Source of the DNA: Haliotis rubra
Lineage: Eukaryota
Length of the DNA: 64,000 nt
Assembly: GCF_003918875.1 (NCBI RefSeq)
Contig: NW_025766781.1
Coordinates: 1,116,001-1,180,000, forward strand
Reading direction: 5' to 3'
Shown piece after piece: positions 14,498 through 28,100 of the stretch. The position numbers and the translations under genes are program-made. Position 1 is the stretch's first letter. Every line of letters begins with the position of its first letter. The notes beneath the pieces are model-generated. The model was not told the origin of the DNA. It did no database searches and worked only from the letters and a program-made list of their open reading frames with translations.

Positions 14498-15642
14498 TAA
14501 TTAGACAGATGACCCATTCGAGGCGAATTTAGAGTATAACGTGGAAAGAAATATTGTCGACTGATCATACATAGAATGAGTGACTGAGTTTAGTTTTACG
14601 CCGCACTGAGCAATATTCCAGCTATATCCGGATTAACCGGACATGTTGTTTTTACAGCAAAAGGCAGGACTGTGCTTCAAGACAAATCTCTGTCAGTCGA
14701 GGGTCACGATTCAGACGCTCATCAATAACGACTATCATCGTATCCTTGATTTGGACAACGGGATATGTCTATAACCCGGGGGGCCAATCTTCACCAGATC
14801 GTTCCAGCCAATCACGCAGTTACAGTTACAGTAAATGAAGACTTTGCATGAGGTCACGCCGATATTTACCAGACTCAAAGACCTTTGGATATCTTTGCTT
14901 TGATGACCACAGACATCGTCAGTGACATCTCTGCTGGATATCAAGGTCCATCAAATGTGTAATCAGGAAGAAGCTGTGGCTATTGGAATCATGAGATCCG
15001 TATTAAGGCAGACATATTAATAGACAAGCAGATTATTTCACATAAATCTGATTCATAACTTTGACATAAACGTTAATGACGATACAACATTCAAGGCCGT
15101 AGTAAAACGTTGAAAATATATTATGGTAAACATGTGGGGATGTATCCAAATTTGACTCATTAGTGACTCAAATGACGTGCAAAGTAATTCTCAATTTTGA
15201 TTCGTTCCGTCTATTTGTACCATTTTTGGGGGTAAACAATTGTCTTACATTTGCATAATGCTTGTGACGGGCTCCCACCGCAGTGAAATCAATGCTCACC
15301 TTTTGCGGACACCTGGAATCATCTACGATTGATAGTAAGTCAAAAACACATATTGCTGATGTAGTTGGGATCATATAGTGAACAGTTTTATGACATTCAA
15401 AATCGAATGATTATGGATAGCATTTTATCGTACTATTTTAGTAATAATTAGAAGACGAACTTTGTAAAACAAGTCTTTTCTTTGTGAAATATGGACAAAG
15501 TAAAATTTATATTCTTACGTTAAGAGTGTGTTTGTTAATTGTGTGTAACTTATAATTACGCTGCCATAATATTAAATGATATTATTATTGTTTGTTTCAT
15601 TGTTGTTTTATATAATAATCCACATATATTATATCAGCTTGA

Positions 15643-16118
15643 GTGAGTGAGTGAGTGAGTTAATATTTAACGTCACATCGGCAATATTTCAGCCATATCG
15701 TGACGAGAACATTTGATATTGAAATGAAATATATGTACATTATAACAAACCTGCCGACGAAGGACAGTAAAACAACTAGAATATCACAGATATGTATGTA
15801 AAACTAGTAATTAAATCTAAAACGTTTTAACTATAGGGGAAAAACAATACAGTATAAAAATGGGCTATAAATCGCCAATAACTGAAGGTAGATCAACATA
15901 CCAGGGACCATGGGGACTTACATTACTGCATGGACCCTAGTTGGATTTACACCATCCCTTCAGCCATTGGTGAAAGAAGAGAAATCTAGCCATAAATTAA
16001 AAGCACACATATTCTACGATTAAAACGTGGCATGCCTAAATGTACTCTAAATGTTTTGGGACTTACGTACCCTCTCAGGAGGATAATCATTTTACAATAC
16101 TTCAACCCCCTTTGAGGG
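15643..16118 (-). mobile_element. Retroposon family C (SINE or LINE 3' end, ~470 bp)
   Basis: Reverse copy of 46071-46512; (GAGT)n tail; 13-bp TSD TATATCAGCTTGA (15630-15642 / 16119-16131). Confidence 0.85.
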
Positions 16119-17439
16119 TATATCAGCTTGAAAAGACTCAAAGATAAAACAAAGTTAGATATTATGAGCAACAACCATATACATAAATATATCAATGTAG
16201 TACACAAACATTGGTATTGACTAGAAATTCTATATTGCACATTTGGAAGACATATAAAGGTTATGCATCTTGCATTTTGTCTTGTCATGATCAGTGTCAA
16301 GATTCTTGCAATGTTATTGGCAGTAATTCTGTATTATCTATGCAATTTGGATCGTGATAACTATTGTTGTTAAGCTTGGAAATAAGCTGTTGCCGAGAGG
16401 AAGAACTGGTTAAAAATCGGCTTTATATGCTTCATAATGGAATAGTCAGTTTCAGTGAATGTGAAGACGTGGAAGTTTGGTACATCGCCACACCTCAGTA
16501 AACATGTACGATTCAAGCCGTAACGCAAATAACTCCATCCTTGACGAGGCATTTATAATTACCTCTACCCCTGAGACCCTGGATGTGATATGTAATTCAT
16601 CAGGCTGTCAACCCCACAAGGTCCAGCCAGACCAAACTGACCACTTGTCATCCTTCTCCGGCCAGACTACGCCTATATCCAATTACTGACAAACACTGTA
16701 ATAAATCTCTGTCTTTGAACGTTCCTGTCGATCATTTGACTCAAACGAGTCCATCTGAATTCAATCTGCCAATCTGAGCAGTATAACCATACCACGATTC
16801 TACGTCAGATGAAAGTGTTCTGGCAATGTCAAAAAATTCCGTTCAGTTCATCTGATGAGAGACGGCCGGAGACAATATTCATTCGTCTTGTTACTCTTAA
16901 TATATTTCAAAGTTATTGCATCCTTTTCCTCAGATCTTCTACCTCAAAGCACTCGGTCTCACAATTGGAGAATTATTTTGAAGTGAGCGTATTTACATAG
17001 GAAATTGTTTTGTTGTCTAAGATGAAAGATACTAGCTGAATTTCATTTACGTTCGCGTAAAGGTATGGGTCATCTGACAGATTATCAGTACTACTGTGTC
17101 CGGTATTCCTTCCATTCGATCACTGCGGCCACTTTACTTTTGAGCACCTTCAACTGTCGGGAATTTTGACATATGTTTACACCAGGAACACGTATACTCA
17201 GCACCAATTCACAGGCTAGTTGAGCATAGTGAGGTTTTCGTCACTCATAAATAATCCCAAACTGGAACTTCGACCGTACGGATTGGGTGTAAAAATGGCT
17301 ATCGACATGTACCCGAACTTGGAAGATATTTGTCAATATCTGAATGGCAAAGTGACTCGTTACTCATAACAACATAATATCAACTCATCAGAAACCCTTG
17401 CTTGTGGACACAAGGTGGTCGAATGGTGACGGCCCCTTG

Positions 17440-19578
17440 CTTAGTTGATGCATGTATTTGTAACCCAAATGTGTAAATCCTTAGTTGATGCATGTATTTG
17501 TAACCCAAATGTGTAAATCCTTAGTTGATACATGTATTTGTAACCCAAATGTATAAATCCTTAGCTGATGCATGTATTTGTAACCCAAATGTATAAATCC
17601 TTAGCTGATGCATGTATTTGTAACCCAAATGTGTAAATCCTTAGTTGATACATGTATTTGTAACCCAAATGTGTAAATCCTTAGTTGATGCATGTATTTG
17701 TAACCCAAATGTGTAAAACTTTGTTGATGCATGTATTTGTAACCCAAATGTGTAAATCTTTAGTTGATGGATGTATTTGTAACCCAAATGTGTAAATCCT
17801 TAGTTGATGCATGTATTTGTAACCCAAATGTGTAAATCCTTAGTTGATACATGTATTTGTAACCCAAATGTGTAAATCCTTAGTTGATGGATGTATTTGT
17901 AACCCAAATGTGTAAATCCTTAGTTGATACATGTATTTGTAACCCAAATGTGTAAATCCTTAGTTGATGCATGTATTTGTAACCCAAATGTGTAAATCCT
18001 TAGTTGATGCATGCATGTGTAACCCAAATGTGTAAATCCTTAGTTGATGCATGTATTTGTAACCCAAAGGTGTAAATCCTTAGTTGATGCATGCATTTGT
18101 AACAAATGTGTAAATCCTTAGTTGATGCATGTATTTGTAACCCAAATGTTAAATCCTTAGTTGATGCATGTATTTGTAACCCAAATGTGTAAAACTTAGT
18201 TGATGCATGTATTTGTTACCCAAATGTGTAAATCCTTAGTTGATGCATGTATTTTTAACCCAAATGTGTAAATCCTTAGTTGATGCATGTATTTGTAACC
18301 CAAATGTGTAAATCCTTAGTTGATGCATGTATTTGTAACCCAAATGTGTAAATCCTTAGTTGATGCATGTATTTGTAACCCAAATGTGTAAAACTTAGTT
18401 GATGCATGTATTTGTAACCCAAATGTGTAAATCCTTAGTTGATGCATGTATTTGTAAACCCAAATGTGTAAAACTTTGTTGATGCATGTATTTGTAACCC
18501 AAATGTGTAAATCCTTAGTTGATGCATATATTTTTTAACCCAAATGTGTAAATCCTTAGTTGATACATGTATTTGTAACTTAAATATGTTAATCCTTAGT
18601 TGATGCATGTATATGTAGCCGAAATATGTAAATCCTTAGTTGATGCATGTATTTGTAACCCAAATGTGTAAATCCTTAGTTGATGCATGTATTTGTAACC
18701 TTAAATGTGTAAATCCTTGGTTGATACATTTATTTGTGGCAAAACCCAAATGTGTAAATCCTTAGTTGATGCATGTATTTGTAACCCAAATGTGTAAATC
18801 TTTAGTTGATGCATGTATTTGTAACCCAAATGTGTAAATCCTTAGTTGATGCATGTATTTTAACCCAAATGTGTAAATCCTTAGTTGATGCATGCATGTG
18901 TAACCCAAATGTGTAAATCCTTAGTTGATGGATGTATTTGTAACCCAAATGTGTAAATCCTTAGTTGATGCATGTATTTGTAACCCAAATGTGTAAATCC
19001 TTAGTTGATGCATGTATTTGTAACCCAAATGTGTGTAAATCCTTAGTTGATGCATGTATTTGTAACCCAAATGTGTAAAATCCTTAGTTGATGCATGTAT
19101 TTGTAACCCAAATGTGTAAAACTTTGTTGATGCATGTATTTGTAACTTAAATGTGTAAATCCTTAGTTGATGCATGTATTTGTAACCCAAATGTGTAAAT
19201 CCTTAGTTGATACATGTATTTGTAACTAATCCTTAGTTGATGCATGTATTATGTAAATCCCAGTTGATGCATGTATTTGTAACCCAAATGTGTAAATCCT
19301 TAGTTGATGCATGTATTTGTAACCCAAATGTGTAAATCCTTAGTTGATACATGTATTTGTAACCCAAATGTGTAAATCCTTAGTTGATGCATGTATTTGT
19401 AACCCAAATGTGTAAATCCTTAGTTGATGCATGTATTTGTAACCCAAATGTATAAATCCTTAGTTGATGCATGTATTTTTAACCCAAATGTATAAATCCT
19501 TAGTTGATGCATGTATTTGTAACCCAAATGTGTAAATCCTTAGTTGATGCATGTATTTGTAACCCAAATGTGTAAATC
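17440..19578. repeat. 40-bp minisatellite MS1, ~53 copies, unit CTTAGTTGATGCATGTATTTGTAACCCAAATGTGTAAATC
   Basis: Directly visible tandem repeat with high identity between units. Confidence 0.98.
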
Positions 19579-20740
19579 AATGCTCATGATGTCAGACACT
19601 TCATTGTCTGGTCAAGACTGTATGTTTGACAGACGCCGCTGTTTAGCTGGAATATTGCCCAGAGCGACAAACAATAAACAAATCACATTATCGATCTCCA
19701 GATTCCAGACTCAATTACCGCCATCATTATACAACGTAGCTAGAATAATGATGGGTGATGTGTTAAACAACAAACAAACAAATCTAACCAGGCAACAGAT
19801 CCGTATATCATGGCACTCAATGACCACCAATAATTGAACTCCATTGTCTCAGCTTCTTACGTCAGACATGATGTATTAGGAAACCACGGAATAGAATAGT
19901 GGCGGGTAATGTGTTAAACAACAAACAAATAAAATCAACCAGGCAACAGATCCGTGTGTCATGGCGTTGAATAACTGCCCGCCTTCTTCAGCGTTCTGAA
20001 AACTGGTCTCATTTGACACAGATTCTTAAGTCAGACATAATGTATTAGAAAACCACGGAATCCTAAGCCGAGCAATTTCACCATTATTGCCACAAACTTA
20101 TTCAACATGTAACCAGTAAAAGCGCGGGAGGAAAAACAAGTTAATCATATACATTTTTGTTATGTACGTGGCTAGTGTTTGCTCTAAAAATCTCTCTTTG
20201 TCATTCATAAATAATTCATTGACAAATATATTATTTAGTCATTCAAGTGCGGTAAGTTTAAAAAGTCGATAACCACATGTTGTCATAAGATTATCTGCTG
20301 TATACTGCTACCAAATATCCAAGTTTAAGAAGTATTAGCAATCCATTTTGACTACAAACACAACAAAATGGAAACAAACATATATTTTCCTAGAATGTTT
20401 TTAAAAGATGCACAAGAAGTGTATTTACAATGTAAAAATTCAGTGCCTTCATCACATGGAAACTATGGCAAAATGTGTGGGAGAGAGGATCCATCTAGGC
20501 TTTGGTATTTCTGAAACCGCTTTAACATGTAAAAGTGATTAAACGATGAGATAGCACATGTTGACTGTAATGGTTAATCGTGTTGTGGATAGTATATGCC
20601 AATCTCCTCATATTAATAAATGATATTGATTGATATCGTGAACATCAATCAGCTGGTATACAATGACATACATTTACCAACTCGATACATTTATCAACTC
20701 AGCGCGCCTGACCACCCGATCCCGTTACTCACAAGCATGG

Positions 20741-21060
20741 TGACGTGAGGTGAAATTGGGTTTAACGTCGTGCTTGAACATATTTCGCTCATATGACGAC
20801 GTGCATGCGTGTGTATGTGTATGTGCGGCTGCTTGTACTAGTACAGACTTAAGCTGGTGTTATAGTGCTAGCCCACTGGGATACCACGCCGCAGTGAAGC
20901 ATGAATACACCACTCAGACACATTATACTGACTCCGGGCCGACCAGTCCTTGTTGTACCCATTAATGCCGAGCGCCAGGCAGGGACCAACAAGTACCATA
21001 TTTTAACGTCTTTTGGTATGACGCGCTCGGGGATCGAACCCGCGACCTTCCGCTCTCCGG
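20741..21060 (-). mobile_element. tRNA-derived SINE family D (Meta/MESC/RUDI-like), 5'-truncated
   Basis: Reverse copy of 24759-25109, lacking the A box; 14-bp TSD ACTCACAAGCATGG (20727-20740 / 21061-21074); inserted into a decayed family-A copy. Confidence 0.9.
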
Positions 21061-22939
21061 ACTCACAAGCATGGATTGCTAAATACCAATTGTAACCCAC
21101 ATCTTCATAGGTAACTGCATAAATATTCATGGAAATATCAATGACTTTGTTTCCTTAGTAATCTCAAACTTTCAACGAATAATTAAATTCCAATGCCATG
21201 CCTGTACAGTAAGTACAAAATGATTTTTGATGGTGAATTTAAGAAAAAGTTGTCAGTCTGTTATATTAGCATCGCTTAACATGTTGAGTATGCTAGTTCC
21301 ACTTCTCCAGCAGGATGATGATCTGTGTATCGTTAATGGCAACGGAAACTCTGTATGAAACAGATACTCCTGAAACAAAGCACTGCTTAAATATTACATA
21401 AGTGAAAATCGATTTGGAGAACAAAGACGAACAGTATTTGGTAATAGAGATTAATGCTAGAGCAGTTATTTCCCGTTAACATTACAGACAATGGTTTTGT
21501 TGCCCATATTGTAAAGATATAACCATCACATACATAAAACATATAAACACAACGCGTACGTATACATTTGCTTGATTTGTAGTCTCACCTGGCACTGAGC
21601 AATATTCCATATTGGAAAGTCCATTCCAAACTGGCAGTCTACAGGACGTATCGGCTTGATGACTTTTTTAATGACAGCGGATCTTCGGAATTGATATGTT
21701 GCGAATGGTTATAATTCTCCGGATTTTGTTCCGATTGGTGACCTGAATTAAGAAACGTTGTGTTTTGTGGTGAACTTGTCAGGGAAGAAGTTCAGTAAAG
21801 GTTCATCTAATATAATGTTATTCCTGATGGAAAAATATCGCGAGTGTCCCTGAGATTTCCATGATAATAAACACTGGTGATGGGTCATTTGGGTTTGATT
21901 TATAAACATTCACCAGATCGATGTAAGAGCAGAGAACAGAAATGGTGCCAAACATACATGCAGTGGGTTGGCATGTGCAACAAAAAAGGATACTTTGAGC
22001 TATATAAATGCAATTTAGATGCACGCACTATCATGTGGATGCAGTTAATAAATATCAATCGGTATTAAACTCTCTTTGAAACATCACAGTATGTGATGCT
22101 GATACATAAAACCTCCCTGGTTAAAAGTTCTTTCATCTTGAGTGAGCTCCTCTCATAACTGCATGAAAGAGTAGATCGTTGGCCGATTCCATGACACTTG
22201 CCACATCATCAGTTCCAATGAAAACTAATGTGTGGCAAAGGCTTGTGAAGAAAAACGTCTCTCGCCAAATTGACATGAGCAAAATGTTTTATTACACATT
22301 TTCGTCTCCCAAATGAAACTTTCGAGGAAAAACATGCCTCCTGTATTTCAATGAGCGTCTGCAGGCGAGTACCAGAATTTTGTGAATGCTGCCTATTTGA
22401 CTAAAGCGTAAAATGTCAGCGCAATCCAACAGTGGAACCAGTCAAGTGTCCATTGTAATGTGTAATGTAAAGCACATAATTAAACTGGGCGTAGTTGATT
22501 GTCACCTGGATGCATATGTTGTTGGGCGGCATATGTGAGCGGCCCGGTGGCTATGGCGTCAATGTGCACACTTGCGCACCTTGATGATGATGAATTGATC
22601 ATCACCCTTGACTTAGTTTATGGTTGCCTGCATTCACATGTTGTTGGCGGTACATGTGGGTGACGTCTCTTTCACAAGCAAGGAATTATCATTGATTTGA
22701 ATCCCGATTCGCCCTGATAATGTTTCTAGGTTTGTCCGGCCCAATATCCGTATCCGTGCTCGACTTATTACTGTTTTAGGTACAATCATCATTGGACACA
22801 ATAAAATCCTCAAAACCTTCAAGATTTATTTGAAAATGCAGAAAACAATGGTATTTAATGTAAAACTCGTCATCAGCTCTGGCTTAGTAAATATCGTGTT
22901 CCTGTGCTCCACTTATTATTGTTACAGTTTCAATCATAG

Positions 22940-23900
22940 GTGGATACAATAAAAGCTTGAAAACCCTTTATTCATTGATATGAAATCTCTGAGTCGATTG
23001 TATAATTCCAAGTGTATAGATTCTAACTCAAATTAGGGATGCTAACACGTGTTCGCAAAATGGTGTGCGGTGGCACCTGACAAAAGGACAGGCAAGTTAT
23101 GGCAAAAATCGAAATAGCGAATTGCGAACATGTTTTGTAACTGATGCGTCAAATTTAGAATTTAGAATGTCTGCCATAAACCTTTTCTGAGACCTTGAAT
23201 GTGGTAAGTTGTTCAAGCAGCTTCTGAACGAGTGTAGTATAATGTTTTTATGTAATTCCGGTAAAAAGCGTATGCTGAATTGTACGTCCAGAGTTGTGAA
23301 ATGTAAATACCGAAGTCTGGAGCTGTTGGAATATCGCTGTCACGAAGTGATAGTTGACTGTGAGAAAGGTATAGTCATCCCTTTTGTGGGGAGTTGAATT
23401 GGCAGTTTGGTTATTGAACAATATCAGATCATAGATATACCTGAATCTGAAATTAAATTTCTTGGCCAAATTACCTGGTTTTGATTTTCACAAACCGAGC
23501 AGAAATTCCGATGTATATTCTTAAAGAAACAGGGATGCAAAGAGGAGAGCACAGTTGGTGCCAATGGGGATGCATTCTCGTCTATATGTTTTACTCTCAA
23601 ACTGTATATGGATGTTATCAGTCCAGCATTCAACATCGTTTTCGCTGTAAACTTCAGATGACATTTGTTTCCTTTATCCCAAATCTCTAAAGATAGATAG
23701 TAACTATAGTTATGCTCACCACCATCTCTAAATTATCACAAATTTCTAAAGATGGATAACAACTATTTTTATGCTCACCACGTTTACTAACAGATTTCAG
23801 GAAATGAACCCTTCCTTAAGCTTGTCATATGGTACAGTGGCATACAACACAGAGGTACCTCAAAAACGAAGAGATAGTTAATGAGCCAAACGTGCAGAGC
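22940..23900 (-). pseudogene. Decayed Penelope-like retroelement reverse transcriptase (block H of array)
   Basis: Relic peptides IPIGTNCALL, LAKKFNFRFRYIYDLILFNN and HKRDDYTFLTVNY match PLE RT motifs (GIPMGTNCAPLL / FRYIDD / DKRDDFNFxIVNFP); multiple frameshifts. Confidence 0.8.
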
Positions 23901-24758
23901 GTATTGAATATATCGTCACATTTGATTATATGTATATATGTATATATAGTGTTTCGTAGTAATCAAGGTTAAATACTTATATAACAAGAAAACGTATTAA
24001 TTCGCATTACATGATGTAAAAACATCTTGTGATAAAGTGTATCTTCCACGAAGCTGAGTATAAGTTGTGAGAGTGTATCATTTGTCTTTTCAAGTAGTTG
24101 TCAATATAACACATTCACAGGAACAACACTAACCCCGCGTCCAGAGAGAAGAAACATTTCACCCAACTGTTGAACATCTGTCTAAGTCTCTAACCATTGT
24201 AATTCAGTAGAAAGATGCCAAACAACTGCCTCCTAAACAGTTAATATTGCTGACTGGGTAATCTATTCCGCATTCCAGATGTTCATCAAGTACATGTGAC
24301 ACTCAGCGCCTGATCTCCACGGCAACAAGCAAGGCTGTCTCTAAATGAGGTCCGTACGGCAACACAACGTTTGAAATATTACTTGGCAGTTAAACCGTCA
24401 ATTGTAACATATCAGCCGGACATGTTATATAATTCAATATCCATGGCAATATTCAAGACTATCTCTAAATGAGGTCCACCCTCAGAGGTCAAGAACGGCA
24501 ACACGGCTTTTAAAATAGTAGCTTGTCTATGAACCCATAACCTGTCATTTTTCAGCTTGACTTGTAAGCTGTCAAGTCCGTTGTCGCATTTGTCAAAGAC
24601 TATGGTGATTACATGGTTTTGATTCATCAGGCTTTATTCAAGAAGGCGGTTTTATTGCAAACATATCCACAAATATCGCGTCATGTTTTGCGTTCAAGCG
24701 TGTGTTGCATGTTAGCAATAAATCTTCTAACATGATCCATAAAATATCATATAAATCT

Positions 24759-25109
24759 ACCGCCTCCGTGGTGTAGTGGTTAGAGCATCCGCCCGGGGAG
24801 CGGAAGGTCGCGGGTTCGATCCCCGACCGCGTCATACCAAAAGACGTTAAAATATGGATACTAATTGGTCCCTGCCTGGCGCTCGGCATTAATGGGTACA
24901 ACAAGGACTGGTCGGCTCGGAGTCAGTGTACTGCGTCTGAGTGGGGTATTCATGCTTCACTGCGGCATGGTATCTCAGTGGGCTAGCACTATAAAACCGG
25001 CTTCAGCCTGGCTACTACAAGCAGCCGCACATACACATACACACGCATGCACGTCGTCATATGAGCGAAATATTATCAAGTACGACGTTAAACCCAATTT
25101 CACCTTACC
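24759..25109 (+). mobile_element. Full-length tRNA-derived SINE family D (Meta/MESC/RUDI-like)
   Basis: Pol III A box 'TGGTGTAGTGG' and B box 'GGTTCGATCCC'; central 'gtcataccaaaagacgttaaaa...cctgcctggcgctcggcattaa' recalls the Meta domain; 12-bp TSD TCATATAAATCT (24747-24758 / 25110-25121). Family name from memory. Confidence 0.9.
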
Positions 25110-28100
25110 TCATATAAATCTCTATGTTTCAGAAGAATTGGAACAAACTGTTTGTAAAATCGTATTTTGATACAGTTACAACGTGACTATCCATACTCCT
25201 TCCTTTCATATCGGAAACAATTAAAGATATGAAGGTCACTATCTAACGTGGCCAATCTTCAGCCTATATGTGGGGGTCAACTTTGGTATATATATTAACG
25301 ACAGGTCTGACATTGAACGCGCACTATAGCCTTTTTCCACTGTTAAAGAATGACAGTGTTCATATTGTAGTGACTGCGTTGGCGTAAGCATTACCTTAGG
25401 GAGCGCAAGGAGAAGGTAATTGTATCAATAATGTCAGCTGGTGATTCGTTACGCACTTCAGTACTTTCCTCGAAGGGAACAAAGGCACTTTCTTTTGTGA
25501 GGAAAAACGATGTTTGAAGAGTTCCACCTAGAATGCAACACTTGGCGCTGAAAATTACCATTGCAATGAAATTGATTATTCTGTAACAGAACGAGTAATA
25601 GCATGCGGATTGCAAGGCTACTTGCCAGTTTTATACCCACTGGAGAATGAGGTTTTTATGATGTTATTTGGAATTTTGCACAGGCTTTCAAGAAGCATTT
25701 GTGGAACAAATTGGCTCTATCGTCCCTGTAATCACCTTAATGCACCTCCAACTGAAATGAAGCTGAAATTCGAAGGGACAATTGCCTCCATTATTGGCTT
25801 GATGTTACATTCATAGAGACTAAAGTACCTTTAACACATTTCCAACCATTTGCGTTCCTGAGTAAATCGTAACATAGCATATATATAACACAAAAATGGC
25901 TAAAAGAGCTGGATTACACGAAGTCATTTTCAGTCGGAAAAATGCATATTTTGTTATTTTGTTTCTTTATTTGAATAACGGACACGTTCAAATATCAGGT
26001 ACAAATGACTTATTCTTTAGGTTACCTATCGTAACACGAAAACAGGATATTTACTGGCCCCTTGACAGAAAGTAATTGGTAAATATTCAGTATCCGAAGA
26101 TCTGCACAAACACTAACAGGCAGTTCATTCATTAATTTACTACGAATACCATTGCCGTTGTAGCAGTGCCCTGAAACATCCCGATGGATTCATGGTGGTC
26201 AAGAAACAGTTTGGAATGATCCTTTTAAAAAAACATGCGGAAAGGAAAGTTGTCTATTGGTGACATATGGTGAATATCTGGACAAGGCCTGTTTACAGCA
26301 ACTACCAGGATTTTGCTTCATGCTTCGTTGACAGATATTTATATTGTCTAAGTTTATTTTTAATATACAACGCTGATAATCACGATATGGTTGAAATACT
26401 GCCAATGTGACTTCAAAGTTAATTCACTCACTTTGCTCCATGACAAATCTCTATCAATTGAGGATCAAGATTCAGACGTTCATCTTGACGATGGGGAACC
26501 CGCGAATAACGACTATCAGCTTATCTTTGATTTGGACAGGATAGGTCTATATCCCCAGGGCCAATCTCCACTAGGTGTTCCAACCAATTACCTAGTTACA
26601 ATCGATCACAATAAATGAAGATTTCTTACGAAGTCACGTCAATATTTTCCCGACCAGAAGACCTATGGGTGTCTTCGCTTTGATGACCAGATAAACTGTC
26701 GAGACAAATTACTCGAATGTCCATTTTTACAACTTTATGGCAACAGCAATAAAGTGTAATTGTAGATTACGTTGTTTGGCATCGACGACACCTCTGCTGA
26801 CACCCATGTCGGCGTCATCAATAACGATAATCAGGAAGATGCTGGAATCGTCAGATTAGTATAAATCCAGAGATAATAATAGACAGCAAATCTTTTCACA
26901 TAAATCTGATTCATAACTTTGACGAAAATATCAACAACATTCAAGGCCTTGGTAAAACTTTCATAATGAATTATAGTACACATGTTCAGACATGTCCAAA
27001 CTTTGACACATTACAAACTAATGTCCAAAACATTTCCCCATTTTGACTTTAACCCTCCATTTCTGATAAACACTTGATTTACCTTATCATATACAATGCT
27101 TGTAACGGGTTAGACAGCAGATAAAGGTTAAACTCATCTTCTCGTGAACACGGACTGATAGTAAGTCATTAACACATACTTTCCATGTAGTTTCGATCTC
27201 ACATGACCTCTTATGAGACAATGTACCTAATGATTTAGTTTTCTCACTTCTATAGTATTATTGATTCATCAGTCTTCTGTATGACAATGACATGTTGAGA
27301 GAAAGTAAATATAAGGTACTTTCGTTAAAGTGCGTTTGTGAAATGTATGAATTATTTTCTGATCTGTTACAGTGTTGAAGCTACATAATAGAACTGTTCC
27401 TAAGCAACACCATCATATTCAGGGAATTTTTTTTTTATTGGTCTGGTTTCTTTGTTGTACGCCCCGTTCAGTTATAATCCAAAGATGTGATATCGGCTTG
27501 TAAATCATCTAAATACGATAAACCAGTGACTGATATTATGAGCAAAGATCCGGTGATGACGAGCCACAGTTCACAGGGATCATATTTCATTCAGATGCCT
27601 CTTTCAGCAGGCAGTAGGGTCCTGAGGTCCAATTCTTACCTGGAATAGTATGAATTGGAGATAAATACAGAATAATACAATCTTTGCTCAAAATACACTG
27701 CCGTAACTGTAATATTGATAAATGTCATAGTGATAGGTTTAAATACTGAAAATGTTACACACAATTACCTGTTTTCTCCTAAACATATTTGTGTTCGTAG
27801 CCTCCTGATGATCTGTGTTTACAGTCCGTTTTAACGTTCTTTGGGAAGGTGTAGGAGAGATTGTTGATGCTATAAATGTTAAATGTATCACCTAATTTGG
27901 ATATAGTTCTCGCAGTTGAATAAGCTTTTAAAATTATATCTGATGCGGTAGTTTGGTGTTACAAGCATTACCTTTATTTCCTTAGGATCATTGTAAATTA
28001 AGAATCGTTTTAAAGTATACTCATAATTCCTATTCCGTAATTTAAGCATTTATATTCATTTATGCATTTAGTGGAAAAAGAAAGTTCATAATGTGTATAG

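Larger units (their letters stand above)
13690..25950. repeat. Array copy 3 (A-J, ~12 kb including insertions)
   Basis: All blocks in order, with SINE insertions and the 2.1 kb minisatellite. Boundaries approximate. Confidence 0.8.

Noticed and set aside
17440-19578. CRISPR-like array or repeat-protein ORF (18921-19190)
   Set aside because: Contiguous 40-bp units with no unique spacers and no cas genes, in a eukaryotic context; the period is not a multiple of 3, so the ORF is incidental.
24759-24835. Functional tRNA gene
   Set aside because: It is the tRNA-derived head of a SINE with body, tail and 12-bp TSD.
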